From the NCBI GenBank assembly GCA_965221125.1, contig CBDCRW010000004.1, positions 1,056,776 through 1,120,775 of the forward strand: a DNA stretch of 64,000 nt. Reading direction: 5' to 3'. Below, piece by piece: positions 28,220 to 37,850 of the stretch. The translations under genes were made by a program, and so were the position numbers. Within the stretch, counting starts at the first letter, position 1. The number at the start of each line of letters is the position of its first letter. The DNA comes from Alphaproteobacteria bacterium (lineage in GTDB: Bacteria > Pseudomonadota > Alphaproteobacteria > UBA828). The notes below the pieces were generated by a model, which saw nothing but the letters and a program-made list of their open reading frames with translations, ran no database searches and had not been told where the DNA came from.

Positions 28220-28866
28220 CGACCGCCTCCCACGACACTGCGAAACAGGGGAACGCCCTGGTGCAAGGGAACGCCTTGGTCCAAGGGAACGCCTTGGTCC
28301 AAGGGAACGCCCTGATCCAACGGAATGCGCTGGTCCAAGGGAACGCCCTGTTCCAGCGGGAAGCGCCGGTCCAGGGGAATGCCTTGGTCCCGCTCGGCGC
28401 TCCCGGCGCGCCCCGCGCTCTCGATCGCGTGGACCGGACCGAGCCCCGGCAGCCGGGGAATGCGCGCGGTGTAGAGGGCCGCATTGAGGGGGCGGCCGAC
28501 GTATCCGCGGTATGCCTCGCGTGCAGCCGCGCAGATGCGCCGCTGCACAAGGCCGAGCAGATCGGACATGCTCCGGCCGGGATCGAAGAGGATGTCGAAG
28601 CGTCGAAAATCGAAGAGATCGTCGAGGCAGGAGAAATCCAGGATCGAGTCCGGGTCGCGGATGCCCTGGTCGGGATGGCGCAGCACGGCCACGTCGCGTT
28701 CGACGCCCATGCGCGCACCATCGATCAGCGCCCGTTCTACCTCCGGCGCACACTCCGCACCGGCAGCTCCCCCCTCGCCGGCCGCCGAGCCTTCTGCCGG
28801 CCAGAGGGAGAGCGCCAGTGCCAGGACACCCGCGAGGAAAAGGATCCTGCTAGGCATGGCCGGCAT
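28216..28866 (-). CDS. Exported hypothetical protein with C-terminal (DQGVPL)n repeat
   Basis: Signal peptide and SILDFSCLD motif; ends overlap both neighbours. Confidence 0.7.
   Translation of the reverse strand: MPAMPSRILFLAGVLALALSLWPAEGSAAGEGGAAGAECAPEVERALIDGARMGVERDVAVLRHPDQGIRDPDSILDFSCLDDLFDFRRFDILFDPGRSMSDLLGLVQRRICAAAREAYRGYVGRPLNAALYTARIPRLPGLGPVHAIESAGRAGSAERDQGIPLDRRFPLEQGVPLDQRIPLDQGVPLDQGVPLDQGVPLHQGVPLFRSVVGGGR
28246..28389. repeat. 18-bp family A array, 8 diverged units
   Basis: CA(A/G)GGGAACGCC(C/T)TGGTC-like units; read as DQGVPL. Confidence 0.95.
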
Positions 28867-29932
28867 CGCTTGCCCGGCCTTCGATCCCGACCGTTACCGC
28901 CTCGCTGCCGGCATCCCCCGCGTCGGTGGCTTCGGCTTTACCGGTCACAGCATCACCGGCATCGCCCGTCGCAACACCTCCGTCGGACGTATCTTCGGCT
29001 CTGCCGGTCGCTTCGCCGGACCCTGGCTCGCCGCAGGTATCGGTCTCCAGCTCTCCCGACGCCGACGTGCCGCCCTCCACACCGGCAGTGGCGGCCTCGG
29101 CCGACGCCGCTTCAGCCGAGGCCGTTTCCTCCGGGGAAGCGGCGGACGTGCTATCCCCTCCGTCATGGCCGGTGTCCTCATCGGCCGGGCCGGCGGCTTC
29201 ACCGGTCTGAACGTCCTGGGTTCCGGGGCCGGCATCTTCGCCGCCTGCCGGCCGCGCTTTCTCCTCAGGTCCATTCCCGGCAGAAGCCGGGGCATCCGCA
29301 CCTGTTTCGTTCCCAGCCTTCGCCCCGGCTGCAACGGAAGTCGCGCCCGCCGCATCGGCAGCGGCCTCGGCCGGGGCAGCCGCCTCACTCTCCGCACCGT
29401 CGGACGAAGCGCGGTCCGCGGCGGCGCCGGTTCCGGTATCGGCATCGCCGTCCACGCCGGAGCCGGCCGTCCTGTCAGCAGCGGCCACCGCGTCTGCGGG
29501 GGCGTCGCCGGGGGCATCGGTCGCGGCGTTCGCCGCCCCTGCCGGCGCAGTGCCGCCGGGCGTGTCATCATCGCCGCCCGACCCCCGCGCGCGCTTCGTG
29601 AGCACGTTCACCCGCGCCTGCGGACCCGAGACCAGGATCTCCGAGGTCCGGTGCTCCGTGCCCGTCCTGTCCGTCCAGGTGCGCGTCGCGATGCGCCCCT
29701 CGACCAGAACTGCAGCGCCCTTGCGCACCATCTTGCGCACCGTCTGCGCGGCGCCGCCGAAGGCCACGATGGCGTGCCACTCGGTGGACTCGCCCTCCAT
29801 ACCGTCGCGGCGCTTGAAGCGCTCGTTGGTGGCCAGGCTGAACAATGCCACCTCGCCGCCGGACGGCAGCGTGCGCATTTCGGGATTGCGTCCGGCGTGG
29901 CCCACCAGCGTCGCCCTGTTCATCGTCAACAT
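28850..29932 (-). CDS. ssb: Single-stranded DNA-binding protein with very long acidic tail
   Basis: MNRATLVGHAGRNPE, FSLATNE, TEWHAIV and KGAAVLVEGRIATRTW; GGGAGA RBS. Confidence 0.92.
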   Translation of the reverse strand: MLTMNRATLVGHAGRNPEMRTLPSGGEVALFSLATNERFKRRDGMEGESTEWHAIVAFGGAAQTVRKMVRKGAAVLVEGRIATRTWTDRTGTEHRTSEILVSGPQARVNVLTKRARGSGGDDDTPGGTAPAGAANAATDAPGDAPADAVAAADRTAGSGVDGDADTGTGAAADRASSDGAESEAAAPAEAAADAAGATSVAAGAKAGNETGADAPASAGNGPEEKARPAGGEDAGPGTQDVQTGEAAGPADEDTGHDGGDSTSAASPEETASAEAASAEAATAGVEGGTSASGELETDTCGEPGSGEATGRAEDTSDGGVATGDAGDAVTGKAEATDAGDAGSEAVTVGIEGRASDAGHA

Positions 29933-29975
29933 CGTTCCGGTCTCCCTTTCATGATGGTTACGGTCTTCATGCAGC

Positions 29976-32900
29976 TCATCCCGCCGCCCCCGCTCCCGCG
30001 AGCGCGGCGCGATTCGGTATTCCTTCGTCCTGTGCCAGCTCGTCTGCGAGCCTCTCCAGTAGATCGCTCTCGGACGCCGCGACCCTGGCGCCGCGCAGCT
30101 CCAGCCGGCGCAGCTCCGCCTCGACCCACGCGCCTGCCGATCCCGCGGGGAAGCGCCGGGCCAGCGCCGCACGGGCTTCCGCCGGCGCGAGACGGGCGTG
30201 CAGCCGCTCACGGAGAGCGGCGTCGCGCGGCGAGGTGGTGAGCGCCCAGAGCTCCACCGGCCCCGGCGCGTTCACCGCCACCTGCTCGAAGCGGCCACGG
30301 GCGTCCGCTGCGATCAGCAGGGCGGGCGCCCCGCTAGGCCCAGGACCCGCGAGGCGAAAGCGCACCGCCTCCGTGACCGTTTCGCTCAGCTCGAACACCC
30401 GCGCCAGAGATTCCATCTCCCCCGCCTTGCCGCCCGCGCCCAGCACCCAGATGCGGTTGGCGAGCTCCACCAGGGCGTCGCCGAAGTCGTCGAGACGCTG
30501 GGAGGCGAGGCAGAGCCGCACCCCGTGCTTGCGCGCCTCGCGGGCGTCGCGCTCCACCTGGGAGCGCACGGCGGGTGCCGTGCCGGTGCGGTGGAACTCG
30601 TCGAAGGCGAGGCGCTTGGGGGTCTCGCGGATCTGGCGCAGGCGGCTGCGGTGCCACTCGCGGTAGCGCTCGGGCACCAGGTCGATATCCTCGTCGGCGA
30701 TCCACCAGTGGCGGGTCAGCGCGTGGCGGGCCAGCATGTAGAAGGCGGCGGTCTGGCGGTCGGCCTCGGCCGAGCCCCTCGGCGCCATCTCGCGCAGGTC
30801 TATCGCCGCCACCCTGGCGGCGCCGGTGTCGAAGGCGGTGGGGGCGAACATCGCGGGCCAGGAGCCCACGAGCGCGGTGAGGTTGCGGATGAAGGCCTGC
30901 GTCACGGTCTCGCCGCCCGTTCCGTGCCGGGCATCGCCCACGAGGCCCTGTACCGCGGGCTCGCGCACTGCCGAGAGGAAGTCTCCCAGAACCGGCACCG
31001 CGTAGCGCTGGGCGCGCGAAGCGGCGACCGGATCGCCCGCGTCGAACAGCGCGTCCACCACGTCCCACCAGGGAACGTCGGCAAGGCCAAGCCCGACCCG
31101 CTCCAGCGCCCTGTCGACCCCTTCGTCGCGGCCTGCGGAATAGGCGTTCGGCTCTGCGCCGGCGATCCGGTCGGAGCGGAGCGCATAGGCGCCCGCGATC
31201 GTGGGGCCGATCAGCTCGCGCATACCGTCTGGCACCCCTGCGGCGCCCGCCGGAGTCAGGATCAGGCCCAGCAGGTTTTCGAGGAAGGCGCGCTCGGCCG
31301 GAAGGGGCGCGCGGCAGCCGAGCTGCGTGTCGCAGGGGTTGATGGCGCAGTCGGCGCTCATGCGGAGCGGAAACCAGCCCGCTTCGGCCCGGCGCTCCGG
31401 CGGCAGGGCCTCCTTGATCAGCGAGATCAGGCCGGAGGACGAGGGGCCGATATCGATGGTGGCGGCCAGCGGCAGCCGCGCCTGCCCGCCCTGAAGAACG
31501 TGGGCGAGGGTGAGGCTGTTCATCAGCACCGACTTGCCCCGTCCGGGGATGCCGTGGATCAGCTCGAAGCCGTGATCCTCGCCCTCCTCGCACGACCAGG
31601 GCAGCATCTTGCCGTCGGGCGCCCGGAACAGGTGGTTCACCGCCCTGCGCGCGAGCGGCGCGGGGCGGCACACGGGCAACAGGCGCAGCGCCTCCGGGAG
31701 CGGCGCGAGCGCGGGCTCTGCGGTGCCGCCGCAGCAGAAGCCCGGGACCGAGGATGCGAAGGCCTCCAGGGGATCGCCCACCAGGGCCGAGAACACGCAC
31801 TCGCCCCAGCCCTCGGCGATCTGCTGCAGGCGTCCCAAGCGGCGCGCCAGCTCTTCTTCTCCCTCTTCGGGACTCACCCACGTCAGCATGCCGAGGCGCA
31901 GCCGCACCACGGCGCCGTTGGCCGCGTCATGCTCTGCGAGGGCGCGCATGGCGTCGCGCACGGCGCGGCTGTCGGGATGGGAGAAGGCGAGGAAGGCGGA
32001 TGCAATGTGGGCCACGGCAGCGCCCAGGCGGCGCAGGCCTCCGCCCTCGATCAGGATCGAGAAGCGGCAGGGGATGCCGGCTTCCGCCAGACCTTCCATG
32101 AACTCCGCGAAGGGCGGCGCGCGCCTGGGTCCCAACACCATATCGAGGGCGCCGTAGAGACGGCCGCCCATGCGGATGCCGCTTCCTGCGCGCGCAGGCT
32201 CGCGGACCAGGACCTGCGGCGCCAGCGGCGGCGGGAAGGCCCCCGCCTCCGGCGGCTCGGTCACCCTGGCCGGAGCGTCGTTCGCCGCGGTCACCGGCCG
32301 CCAGTCTGGCGCGGTCGTGTCGGAGCCGTTGAGCAGCACCCGCATGGTGCGCAGCGCCGCCTCGTCGCCGAGGCGCTCAGCAACGATACCCGTATCTCCG
32401 AAGAGCGCCGCCAGGGTGTCCGAGAGCGCCCGGTGGCGCGCCTCAAGCCCGTCGAGCACGGCATGGGGGCACTGGGACTCGCCCGGCTCGGGCAGCCAGC
32501 CCTTCGTCCGTTCGCACAGCCGTTTGCGGCCGCGCCTGGCCTCGGCTGCGGTCAGGCACGCGGGCCGGGTCCAGCAGGCGAGCGTCATGGTCTCTGCGGC
32601 GAGCAGGGGCGCGAGGAAACGCGACCGCTCGTCGAGAACGTCGCGCAACTCGAGACCCAGCCTCGCCGCCTGCCTCCCGGCCCTGGCGTGCACGCCCTGG
32701 ACCAACGGCCCGGCCTCGTCCGGGGCCCGCTCCAGCATCAGGTGAAGCGCGTGGCCGGGTTCGGCGAGGCGGCTGTTGAGGCGCCGGCAGGCCACCTCCA
32801 CGAAGTGCTCCAGCTCGGCCGGACCCGTCATTGAGCGTGCCCCGTCGATGAGGAACAGCGACACCAGGGAGCCGTCGGAGCAGGCGAGCAGACCGTCGCC

Positions 32901-32990
32901 GATGGCCGCCTGCGGCAGCATGAAGCTCTCCAGCGGCTTGCGCCGGAGCATCCAGCTCGCCGCCAGCGCGTCCTCGAGAGGGCGGTGCAT
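29976..32990 (-). CDS. dotO: DotO/IcmB/TraU VirB4-like ATPase
   Basis: GIPGRGKSVLMN, IDIGPSSSGLI, INPCDTQLGCR and FDEFH motifs. Confidence 0.92.
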   Translation of the reverse strand: MHRPLEDALAASWMLRRKPLESFMLPQAAIGDGLLACSDGSLVSLFLIDGARSMTGPAELEHFVEVACRRLNSRLAEPGHALHLMLERAPDEAGPLVQGVHARAGRQAARLGLELRDVLDERSRFLAPLLAAETMTLACWTRPACLTAAEARRGRKRLCERTKGWLPEPGESQCPHAVLDGLEARHRALSDTLAALFGDTGIVAERLGDEAALRTMRVLLNGSDTTAPDWRPVTAANDAPARVTEPPEAGAFPPPLAPQVLVREPARAGSGIRMGGRLYGALDMVLGPRRAPPFAEFMEGLAEAGIPCRFSILIEGGGLRRLGAAVAHIASAFLAFSHPDSRAVRDAMRALAEHDAANGAVVRLRLGMLTWVSPEEGEEELARRLGRLQQIAEGWGECVFSALVGDPLEAFASSVPGFCCGGTAEPALAPLPEALRLLPVCRPAPLARRAVNHLFRAPDGKMLPWSCEEGEDHGFELIHGIPGRGKSVLMNSLTLAHVLQGGQARLPLAATIDIGPSSSGLISLIKEALPPERRAEAGWFPLRMSADCAINPCDTQLGCRAPLPAERAFLENLLGLILTPAGAAGVPDGMRELIGPTIAGAYALRSDRIAGAEPNAYSAGRDEGVDRALERVGLGLADVPWWDVVDALFDAGDPVAASRAQRYAVPVLGDFLSAVREPAVQGLVGDARHGTGGETVTQAFIRNLTALVGSWPAMFAPTAFDTGAARVAAIDLREMAPRGSAEADRQTAAFYMLARHALTRHWWIADEDIDLVPERYREWHRSRLRQIRETPKRLAFDEFHRTGTAPAVRSQVERDAREARKHGVRLCLASQRLDDFGDALVELANRIWVLGAGGKAGEMESLARVFELSETVTEAVRFRLAGPGPSGAPALLIAADARGRFEQVAVNAPGPVELWALTTSPRDAALRERLHARLAPAEARAALARRFPAGSAGAWVEAELRRLELRGARVAASESDLLERLADELAQDEGIPNRAALAGAGAAG

Positions 32991-32998
32991 CGCCGTTC

Positions 32999-33391
32999 TC
33001 AGAGCCTGGGCCGGGCCACGGTCTGGACGGCGCCGCCCAGGCCGAAGGTGTCGCCCAGCCCGTTGATCACCGCAGGCGCGGCGATCAGCGCCACGCCGAT
33101 GAGGATGGCGATGAGCCCCGATCCCAGCGTGGTCTGCTGCGGGTGGTCGACGTGGCGCTTGAGCTTGAGCAGCCCGAAGCCCGCGATGGCGGCGCCGACG
33201 ATGTAGAAGCCGATGGCCAGAAGCCCCGGCACCGCGTCGAGGTCCGCCGCCGCCTTGTCGGCCATGTCGCCGAGCGACACCGCCAGCGCAGGCTGCGCGG
33301 CGAGTAGCCACAGGCATGCGGTCCCGAGGACCGCGAGTGTAGCCACCTGCAGGGGTGTAGCCGCCCGCAGGGGTGCAAGTGCGTTGATCAT
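32999..33391 (-). CDS. IcmD/DotP/TraR-like pilin-like membrane protein
   Basis: Signal peptide plus two TMs flanking KLKRHVDHPQQ; upstream of dotO. Confidence 0.75.
   Translation of the reverse strand: MINALAPLRAATPLQVATLAVLGTACLWLLAAQPALAVSLGDMADKAAADLDAVPGLLAIGFYIVGAAIAGFGLLKLKRHVDHPQQTTLGSGLIAILIGVALIAAPAVINGLGDTFGLGGAVQTVARPRL
33337..33372. repeat. 18-bp family B, 2 units in the icmD-like gene
   Basis: GTGTAGCCACCTGCAGGG and GTGTAGCCGCCCGCAGGG. Confidence 0.8.
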
Positions 33392-33401
33392 CTCCGTCTC
33401 C

Positions 33402-33938
33402 TCACGTGATCCTCAGGACCTGGATGCCGAGGCTGGTCTGCACCGCCCCGATCAGGCTCTCGATATGCCAGGCGCAGACGCCGCCCAGCATGTGCATGGC
33501 GGCCCGCCCGGCGCTCGCGCCGGGTACCCCGTCCGCTGCCGCGCGCAGCACGAATACGCCGCGCAGGAACGCCAGGAGGCCAACCCAGCCCACGACGGTG
33601 AGCACGGCGCCGATGAGCGCGTCGTAGTCGGCGCCCCGCCCGGAACGGTGCCCGAGGCTGGCGGAGGCTGCGGTTCCCTGCCCGAACAGGCTCTCGCCGC
33701 CGGCGGCGAGCCACGAGGGGAAGCTCGCCATGACCAGACAGACCAGGAAGCAGAGCGCCGTGCCTGCGGCGGACGGTCCGTTGAAGCGGTCCTCCGAGAG
33801 GCGCAGCAGCCGCGCACATCCCTGGACAAACGCCAGCAGCGCAAGCAGGTAGCAGGCCGCCGCAATCAGCCCCATCAGCGCGGGATCGAGGTCCCGCACG
33901 AGGGAGATCATCGCGCCGCCCACGTCATTCCCCTGCAT
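33402..33938 (-). CDS. IcmC/DotE/TraQ-like four-TM protein
   Basis: Four TMs, VGLLAFLRG and HMLGGV..WHI motifs; conserved position between dotG and icmD. Confidence 0.75.
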   Translation of the reverse strand: MQGNDVGGAMISLVRDLDPALMGLIAAACYLLALLAFVQGCARLLRLSEDRFNGPSAAGTALCFLVCLVMASFPSWLAAGGESLFGQGTAASASLGHRSGRGADYDALIGAVLTVVGWVGLLAFLRGVFVLRAAADGVPGASAGRAAMHMLGGVCAWHIESLIGAVQTSLGIQVLRIT

Positions 33939-35121
33939 GGATCCTCTCCCGCCGATGCAGGTCCGAATCCGCCAGGCCCGGAGGCGCCCCGAAGTGGCGA
34001 GCCACCATGACCACCAGGGGCGTGTTGCGGGGGATGCGGACCGTGGCCTCCTTCGGCGCGTCCGCCATGAGGATGTCGCCGAGGGTGCGCGCTGCGGCGC
34101 CGGCGCCGGCATGGAGCGCGTCGCGCTCGCCGGCAGCACCGCGCTCGTCGAAGACCGTCCCGTCCTGCATCGTCAGCGTCCTGGCCGGCGCGGCGACGGC
34201 GGTGAGAAAACCCTCCGCAAAGCGCGCCGCCGCAGGAAGCAGGACGCGGGACAGGAAGTGCCGGTCGACCTCACCCTCTATCCCGTAGCAGGCGCAGTTC
34301 GGGTCCACCGCCCAGGCGTCGACCGGAAAGGTTCGGCCCTGCCAGGTCAGGCTGCCGAGGCGCAGCACCAGCCGCTGGCCCACGCGCTCGAAGTCGCCGT
34401 GCGCAACGGCGCCGGCGAGCGGCGGCTGAAGCAGCTCCAGCACCACCGGGCCGGGATAGTCCGAGTCAACGGCGTAAAGGGTGCGCGCGTAGAGCCCGGT
34501 CCCGGCCGCGACGTGCGGAGGCCTCGGGCCATCCTGAGCCGCCCTCTCCACGCTGCGGCCGGCAGCCGCGCCGCCGCGGTCCCGGGGGGCCGCGTAGCGC
34601 AGGCTCACGATCTGCGGCGGGCGGTTCCACGCCTCCAGCAGCACGGCCACCAGCGCGGCAAGGTCCTCGCCGCCGCCCGTGCTGCGCGCTGCGGGGAGCC
34701 CTACGGACTCGTAGACGGTCGCGGGCCGCCCGACTGCATCCGCATCCACACCCCTTTGGGTGGACACACCCCTTCGGGTGGACACACCCGCAGAGGAACG
34801 CTCCGGTCCACCCTCCGGCCCGTACTGCACGGCGGGGGGCAGGCCGTCTCCGGGCACGCGGCCCGTCCCGTGCACTGTCCTCACGAAGGAGTCGCCCGTC
34901 TCGAGAGCCTCCTCCAGACGCTGCTCGTCGCGCCGGTCGAGCGTATCCTCGTAGGCAGGCGACAACGGATCCTCGGGATTCAGACTCACTCCGCGGTTGT
35001 CCGGCACGTCGGGCCAGGCCGGCGCGGCGCAGACCAGCATCAGGAACGACGCAGCCACGACCGCTCCCGACAGCCGGCCCCTGTGGGCAGCCGATGCTGC
35101 AACACGTGCGCTGGCGTTCAT
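33925..35121 (-). CDS. dotG: DotG/IcmE/TraO (VirB10-like)
   Basis: YARTLYAVDSDYPGPV...PLAGA and EVDRHFLSR in the TrbI-like C-terminal domain. Confidence 0.85.
   Translation of the reverse strand: MNASARVAASAAHRGRLSGAVVAASFLMLVCAAPAWPDVPDNRGVSLNPEDPLSPAYEDTLDRRDEQRLEEALETGDSFVRTVHGTGRVPGDGLPPAVQYGPEGGPERSSAGVSTRRGVSTQRGVDADAVGRPATVYESVGLPAARSTGGGEDLAALVAVLLEAWNRPPQIVSLRYAAPRDRGGAAAGRSVERAAQDGPRPPHVAAGTGLYARTLYAVDSDYPGPVVLELLQPPLAGAVAHGDFERVGQRLVLRLGSLTWQGRTFPVDAWAVDPNCACYGIEGEVDRHFLSRVLLPAAARFAEGFLTAVAAPARTLTMQDGTVFDERGAAGERDALHAGAGAAARTLGDILMADAPKEATVRIPRNTPLVVMVARHFGAPPGLADSDLHRRERIHAGE
34747..34800. repeat. 18-bp family B, opposite orientation, in dotG
   Basis: CACACCCCTT(T/C)GGGTGGA x2 plus partial. 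Confidence 0.85.
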
Positions 35122-36161
35122 TTGCGTTCTCCTTCGCTCTCGAATGCGGGGAATCCCGGGATCTCGCTCCGCTCCCGGAACGCGAGCCGCGTCTCGCGGC
35201 CGTCCCGGCTGACCAGTGCGTACGGCACGTCGGCAAGCCGGTAGGCCCAGCGCCCGCCGGCGCCGCGTTCCGCCGCCCACGGCCCCGGCGACAGCAGATC
35301 GGACCGGGTCACGAGCAGAAGGTCGGCGCCAAGCAGCCACGCCCGGTCGTCGGGACCGCCGCCATCCACCGCGAGGCGCACCGCGCCCGGCGGGGCGATG
35401 CCGGCCAGAAGGTCCAGAAGTACCGCGTCCCCGGCGTGGAAGGCGGCCTGCACCGCGACCTCCGGCATGGCGTTGGGCCCGCGCAGGCCCAGCCTGATCT
35501 CGACCCGGAAGTCCGCTTCCGCGCCGCCGCCCCGAACGATCGCCGCCAGCGGCTCGGCCAGGCCGTGCAGCTTCACGACCGCGTTGCCGTGCAGCGAGCG
35601 CACCTGCGGGGCCAGGTACAGAAGGTGGCTTGCCACACGACCGCTCCCCCGGCCGGCGCCGCCGTGGTCTTCCGCCCCACCAACAGGACGAACTGTCTCA
35701 GACAGAACTGTCTCAGACAGTAACCGGCCATCCACCAGCACCCGTTCGATCGGCCACGGCGCGCCGGTGGCATCGGTGAACGAGACTGCTGTCACGTAGC
35801 CCTTGCGCACCGCGATCGAGGGGATCGCGCCCTCGCCGGGAGCGCCGACGAGCACCCGCCTGATCCGGCCTTCCGGCGGGGCTCCGCCGCCGAGCGCCAC
35901 CGCCGCCTGCGTCTCTCGCAGCAGGCGTCCCAGCGCCTCGATCTGCTCCGCCGTGAACGGCATCGCCGCCCGGCCCATGCGCGCGACGTCGTCGTCCGGC
36001 GCCGCGTGCTCCATCCACAGGGGATCGCCTTGGTGCAGGGGATCGTCCTGACGGACCTCACCGCCGCCGTCCCGACCGTTATCGGCGGAGATCGATGTCA
36101 CCGGTGCGGCAGCCAGCAACAGGGACAGGGCAAGAGCGGCTCTCAAGGTTCGTCTCCTCAT
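35118..36161 (-). CDS. dotH: DotH/IcmK/TraN
   Basis: GYVTAVSFTDATGAPWPI, HGNAVVKL and GPNA motifs. Confidence 0.88.
   Translation of the reverse strand: MRRRTLRAALALSLLLAAAPVTSISADNGRDGGGEVRQDDPLHQGDPLWMEHAAPDDDVARMGRAAMPFTAEQIEALGRLLRETQAAVALGGGAPPEGRIRRVLVGAPGEGAIPSIAVRKGYVTAVSFTDATGAPWPIERVLVDGRLLSETVLSETVRPVGGAEDHGGAGRGSGRVASHLLYLAPQVRSLHGNAVVKLHGLAEPLAAIVRGGGAEADFRVEIRLGLRGPNAMPEVAVQAAFHAGDAVLLDLLAGIAPPGAVRLAVDGGGPDDRAWLLGADLLLVTRSDLLSPGPWAAERGAGGRWAYRLADVPYALVSRDGRETRLAFRERSEIPGFPAFESEGERK
36018..36053. repeat. 18-bp family A-like, 2 units in dotH
   Basis: CAGGGGATCGCCTTGGTG and CAGGGGATCGTCCTGACG. Confidence 0.7.
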
Positions 36162-36802
36162 TGCGCCGGCCTCCGCTTGTCCGCGATCAGCTGTGCGATC
36201 CCGATACCGGCGGGTCGCTCCGAGAGCGGCACCCGCATCACCAGGACCCGCGCCAGAAGGTCCTGGCTCACGCTCCGCGCACCCGCCGCGAAGGTCACCA
36301 GAAGCGGGAACTCGATGGCCCAGCCCAGACGCCCCTCGAAGTAGCGCGTCTCCGTCACCACCGGTGCGCCCCGCGCCACCGCCGAGGCCACCTGCAGGTT
36401 GTCCCTCAGCCGGTCCAGGAACAGGCTCTCGTCCAGTCCCTTCAGGAAGGACTCGTAGCCCTCGTCGGTGAAGCTCTCGCGCACCGAGGCGAGCCTGAGC
36501 CGCCAGTCGTGATGTCCGAGGGTGAAGGCCTCGGTGACCGCCGAGACGGTCCAGTTCCTGAGCGCCGCGTCGGACATGATGGGATCGTCGAGCGGCGTCA
36601 GCGGCACCAGCCTGCCGTCCGGCGTGGCGGCCACGGTGATGTAGACGGTGGAGTGGAGCGCTACGTATGCGCCGAATATGGCCAGCGTGAGCGCGTTGCA
36701 GAGCAGCAGCCAGACTGCGGCCCTGCGCCAGCCGCGGTGCTGGTCGCGGTGGAAGGCGAAGCGGTTCACCGCCTGCCTGACGGCGCGCGACCGTTCACTC
36801 AT
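36158..36802 (-). CDS. dotI: DotI/IcmL/TraM
   Basis: N-terminal TM, ATPDGRLVPLTPLDDP and FTDEGYESF. Confidence 0.9.
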   Translation of the reverse strand: MSERSRAVRQAVNRFAFHRDQHRGWRRAAVWLLLCNALTLAIFGAYVALHSTVYITVAATPDGRLVPLTPLDDPIMSDAALRNWTVSAVTEAFTLGHHDWRLRLASVRESFTDEGYESFLKGLDESLFLDRLRDNLQVASAVARGAPVVTETRYFEGRLGWAIEFPLLVTFAAGARSVSQDLLARVLVMRVPLSERPAGIGIAQLIADKRRPAQ

Positions 36803-37850
36803 CGGTCAAGCCCTCCAGCCAGGCATCGACGTCTTCGACGTCTCCGACCCGCTGCGCGACACGGCCGTCCCGCGCCCGCCAGGCGATCAGCGGAACCGCG
36901 CCGGCGCCCCACGCATCGAAGAGCGTGTTGTTGAGCGCGATCCGGCGCCCGCCCTCCGGGCTCGCCGGTCCGGGGGCTCCCTCGAACCAGGCCAGGGCGG
37001 GATCGCGGGCGGAGGCAACGGCAGCGGCCTCGCGGGCCGAGGCGGCGCCGAGCACGCCGACCGGGATCACCCGAAGCCGCAGGCGTCCGTCGAGCGCGGC
37101 ACGCGCCAGCCGTGTGACCGCCGCGCGCGACCAGCGGCAGGCGGGATCGGCGAACACCACCGCCGCCGGGCCGCTCCGCCCGACCGAGAAGCCGAAAGCG
37201 GAATGGGATCGCGCGAACAGCGCCTCGGCGTCCCAAGGAGTTCCCTTGTCCGGCGCCTGCGGCTCGCGGCCATCGGCGTGAGCCAGGCGGAACGTCGCGG
37301 CATAGGAGATATCGCCCCTTTCTGCCTTGCCGGTTCCCGGTCTCTCGAACCCGGCGACGTATTCCGGAAGGAAATCGGTCTCGCCGTCGTGAGCCGCCTC
37401 ATGGCCGGACCGTCCGCCGGAGATAGAGTTCTCTCCGTTCGGCGTGGCACGAGACACGCGCCGGGTCTCATACGCCTCGGCGGCGCTGCCGTCGGCGATA
37501 CCCGCGGAAGCGAGCTGGCGGCCGGTGAGCAGGGCTCCGTCGGGACCGTAGAGCAGACCCGCGACCGCATGGCCGTCCGGCGTCAGGTAGAGGCTGTAGG
37601 CGTCGCCGTCCGCCGGCTCCACCAGGTGCCCGTCGAGCCCGCCCCCCTTGCCCAGCGAGAGGACGCGGGCGCCGTTCGCGCGCAGCGCCGCGACCACGGC
37701 CGGCTCCCGCCCCTCCGGGGCCGACAGCTCTACCGGCGGCGCCACCGCGCTGTCCGGCATCGAAAGCACCGCGATACACGTCGCCAGGCCCCCGAGGCAC
37801 CCCGCCAGGAGAGGTCCGAGAGACCGCATCGGCACTCCCGCGCGCCTCAT
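36795..37850 (-). CDS. DsbG/TrbB-like thioredoxin-fold protein (CxxS)
   Basis: LYLTPDGHAVAG, VFADPACRWS, VIPVGVL and GAVP (cis-Pro). Confidence 0.75.
   Translation of the reverse strand: MRRAGVPMRSLGPLLAGCLGGLATCIAVLSMPDSAVAPPVELSAPEGREPAVVAALRANGARVLSLGKGGGLDGHLVEPADGDAYSLYLTPDGHAVAGLLYGPDGALLTGRQLASAGIADGSAAEAYETRRVSRATPNGENSISGGRSGHEAAHDGETDFLPEYVAGFERPGTGKAERGDISYAATFRLAHADGREPQAPDKGTPWDAEALFARSHSAFGFSVGRSGPAAVVFADPACRWSRAAVTRLARAALDGRLRLRVIPVGVLGAASAREAAAVASARDPALAWFEGAPGPASPEGGRRIALNNTLFDAWGAGAVPLIAWRARDGRVAQRVGDVEDVDAWLEGLTDE

Noticed and set aside
26789-28389. 18-bp arrays as a CRISPR array
   Set aside because: Units are contiguous with no unique spacers, lie inside ORFs, and no cas genes are present.
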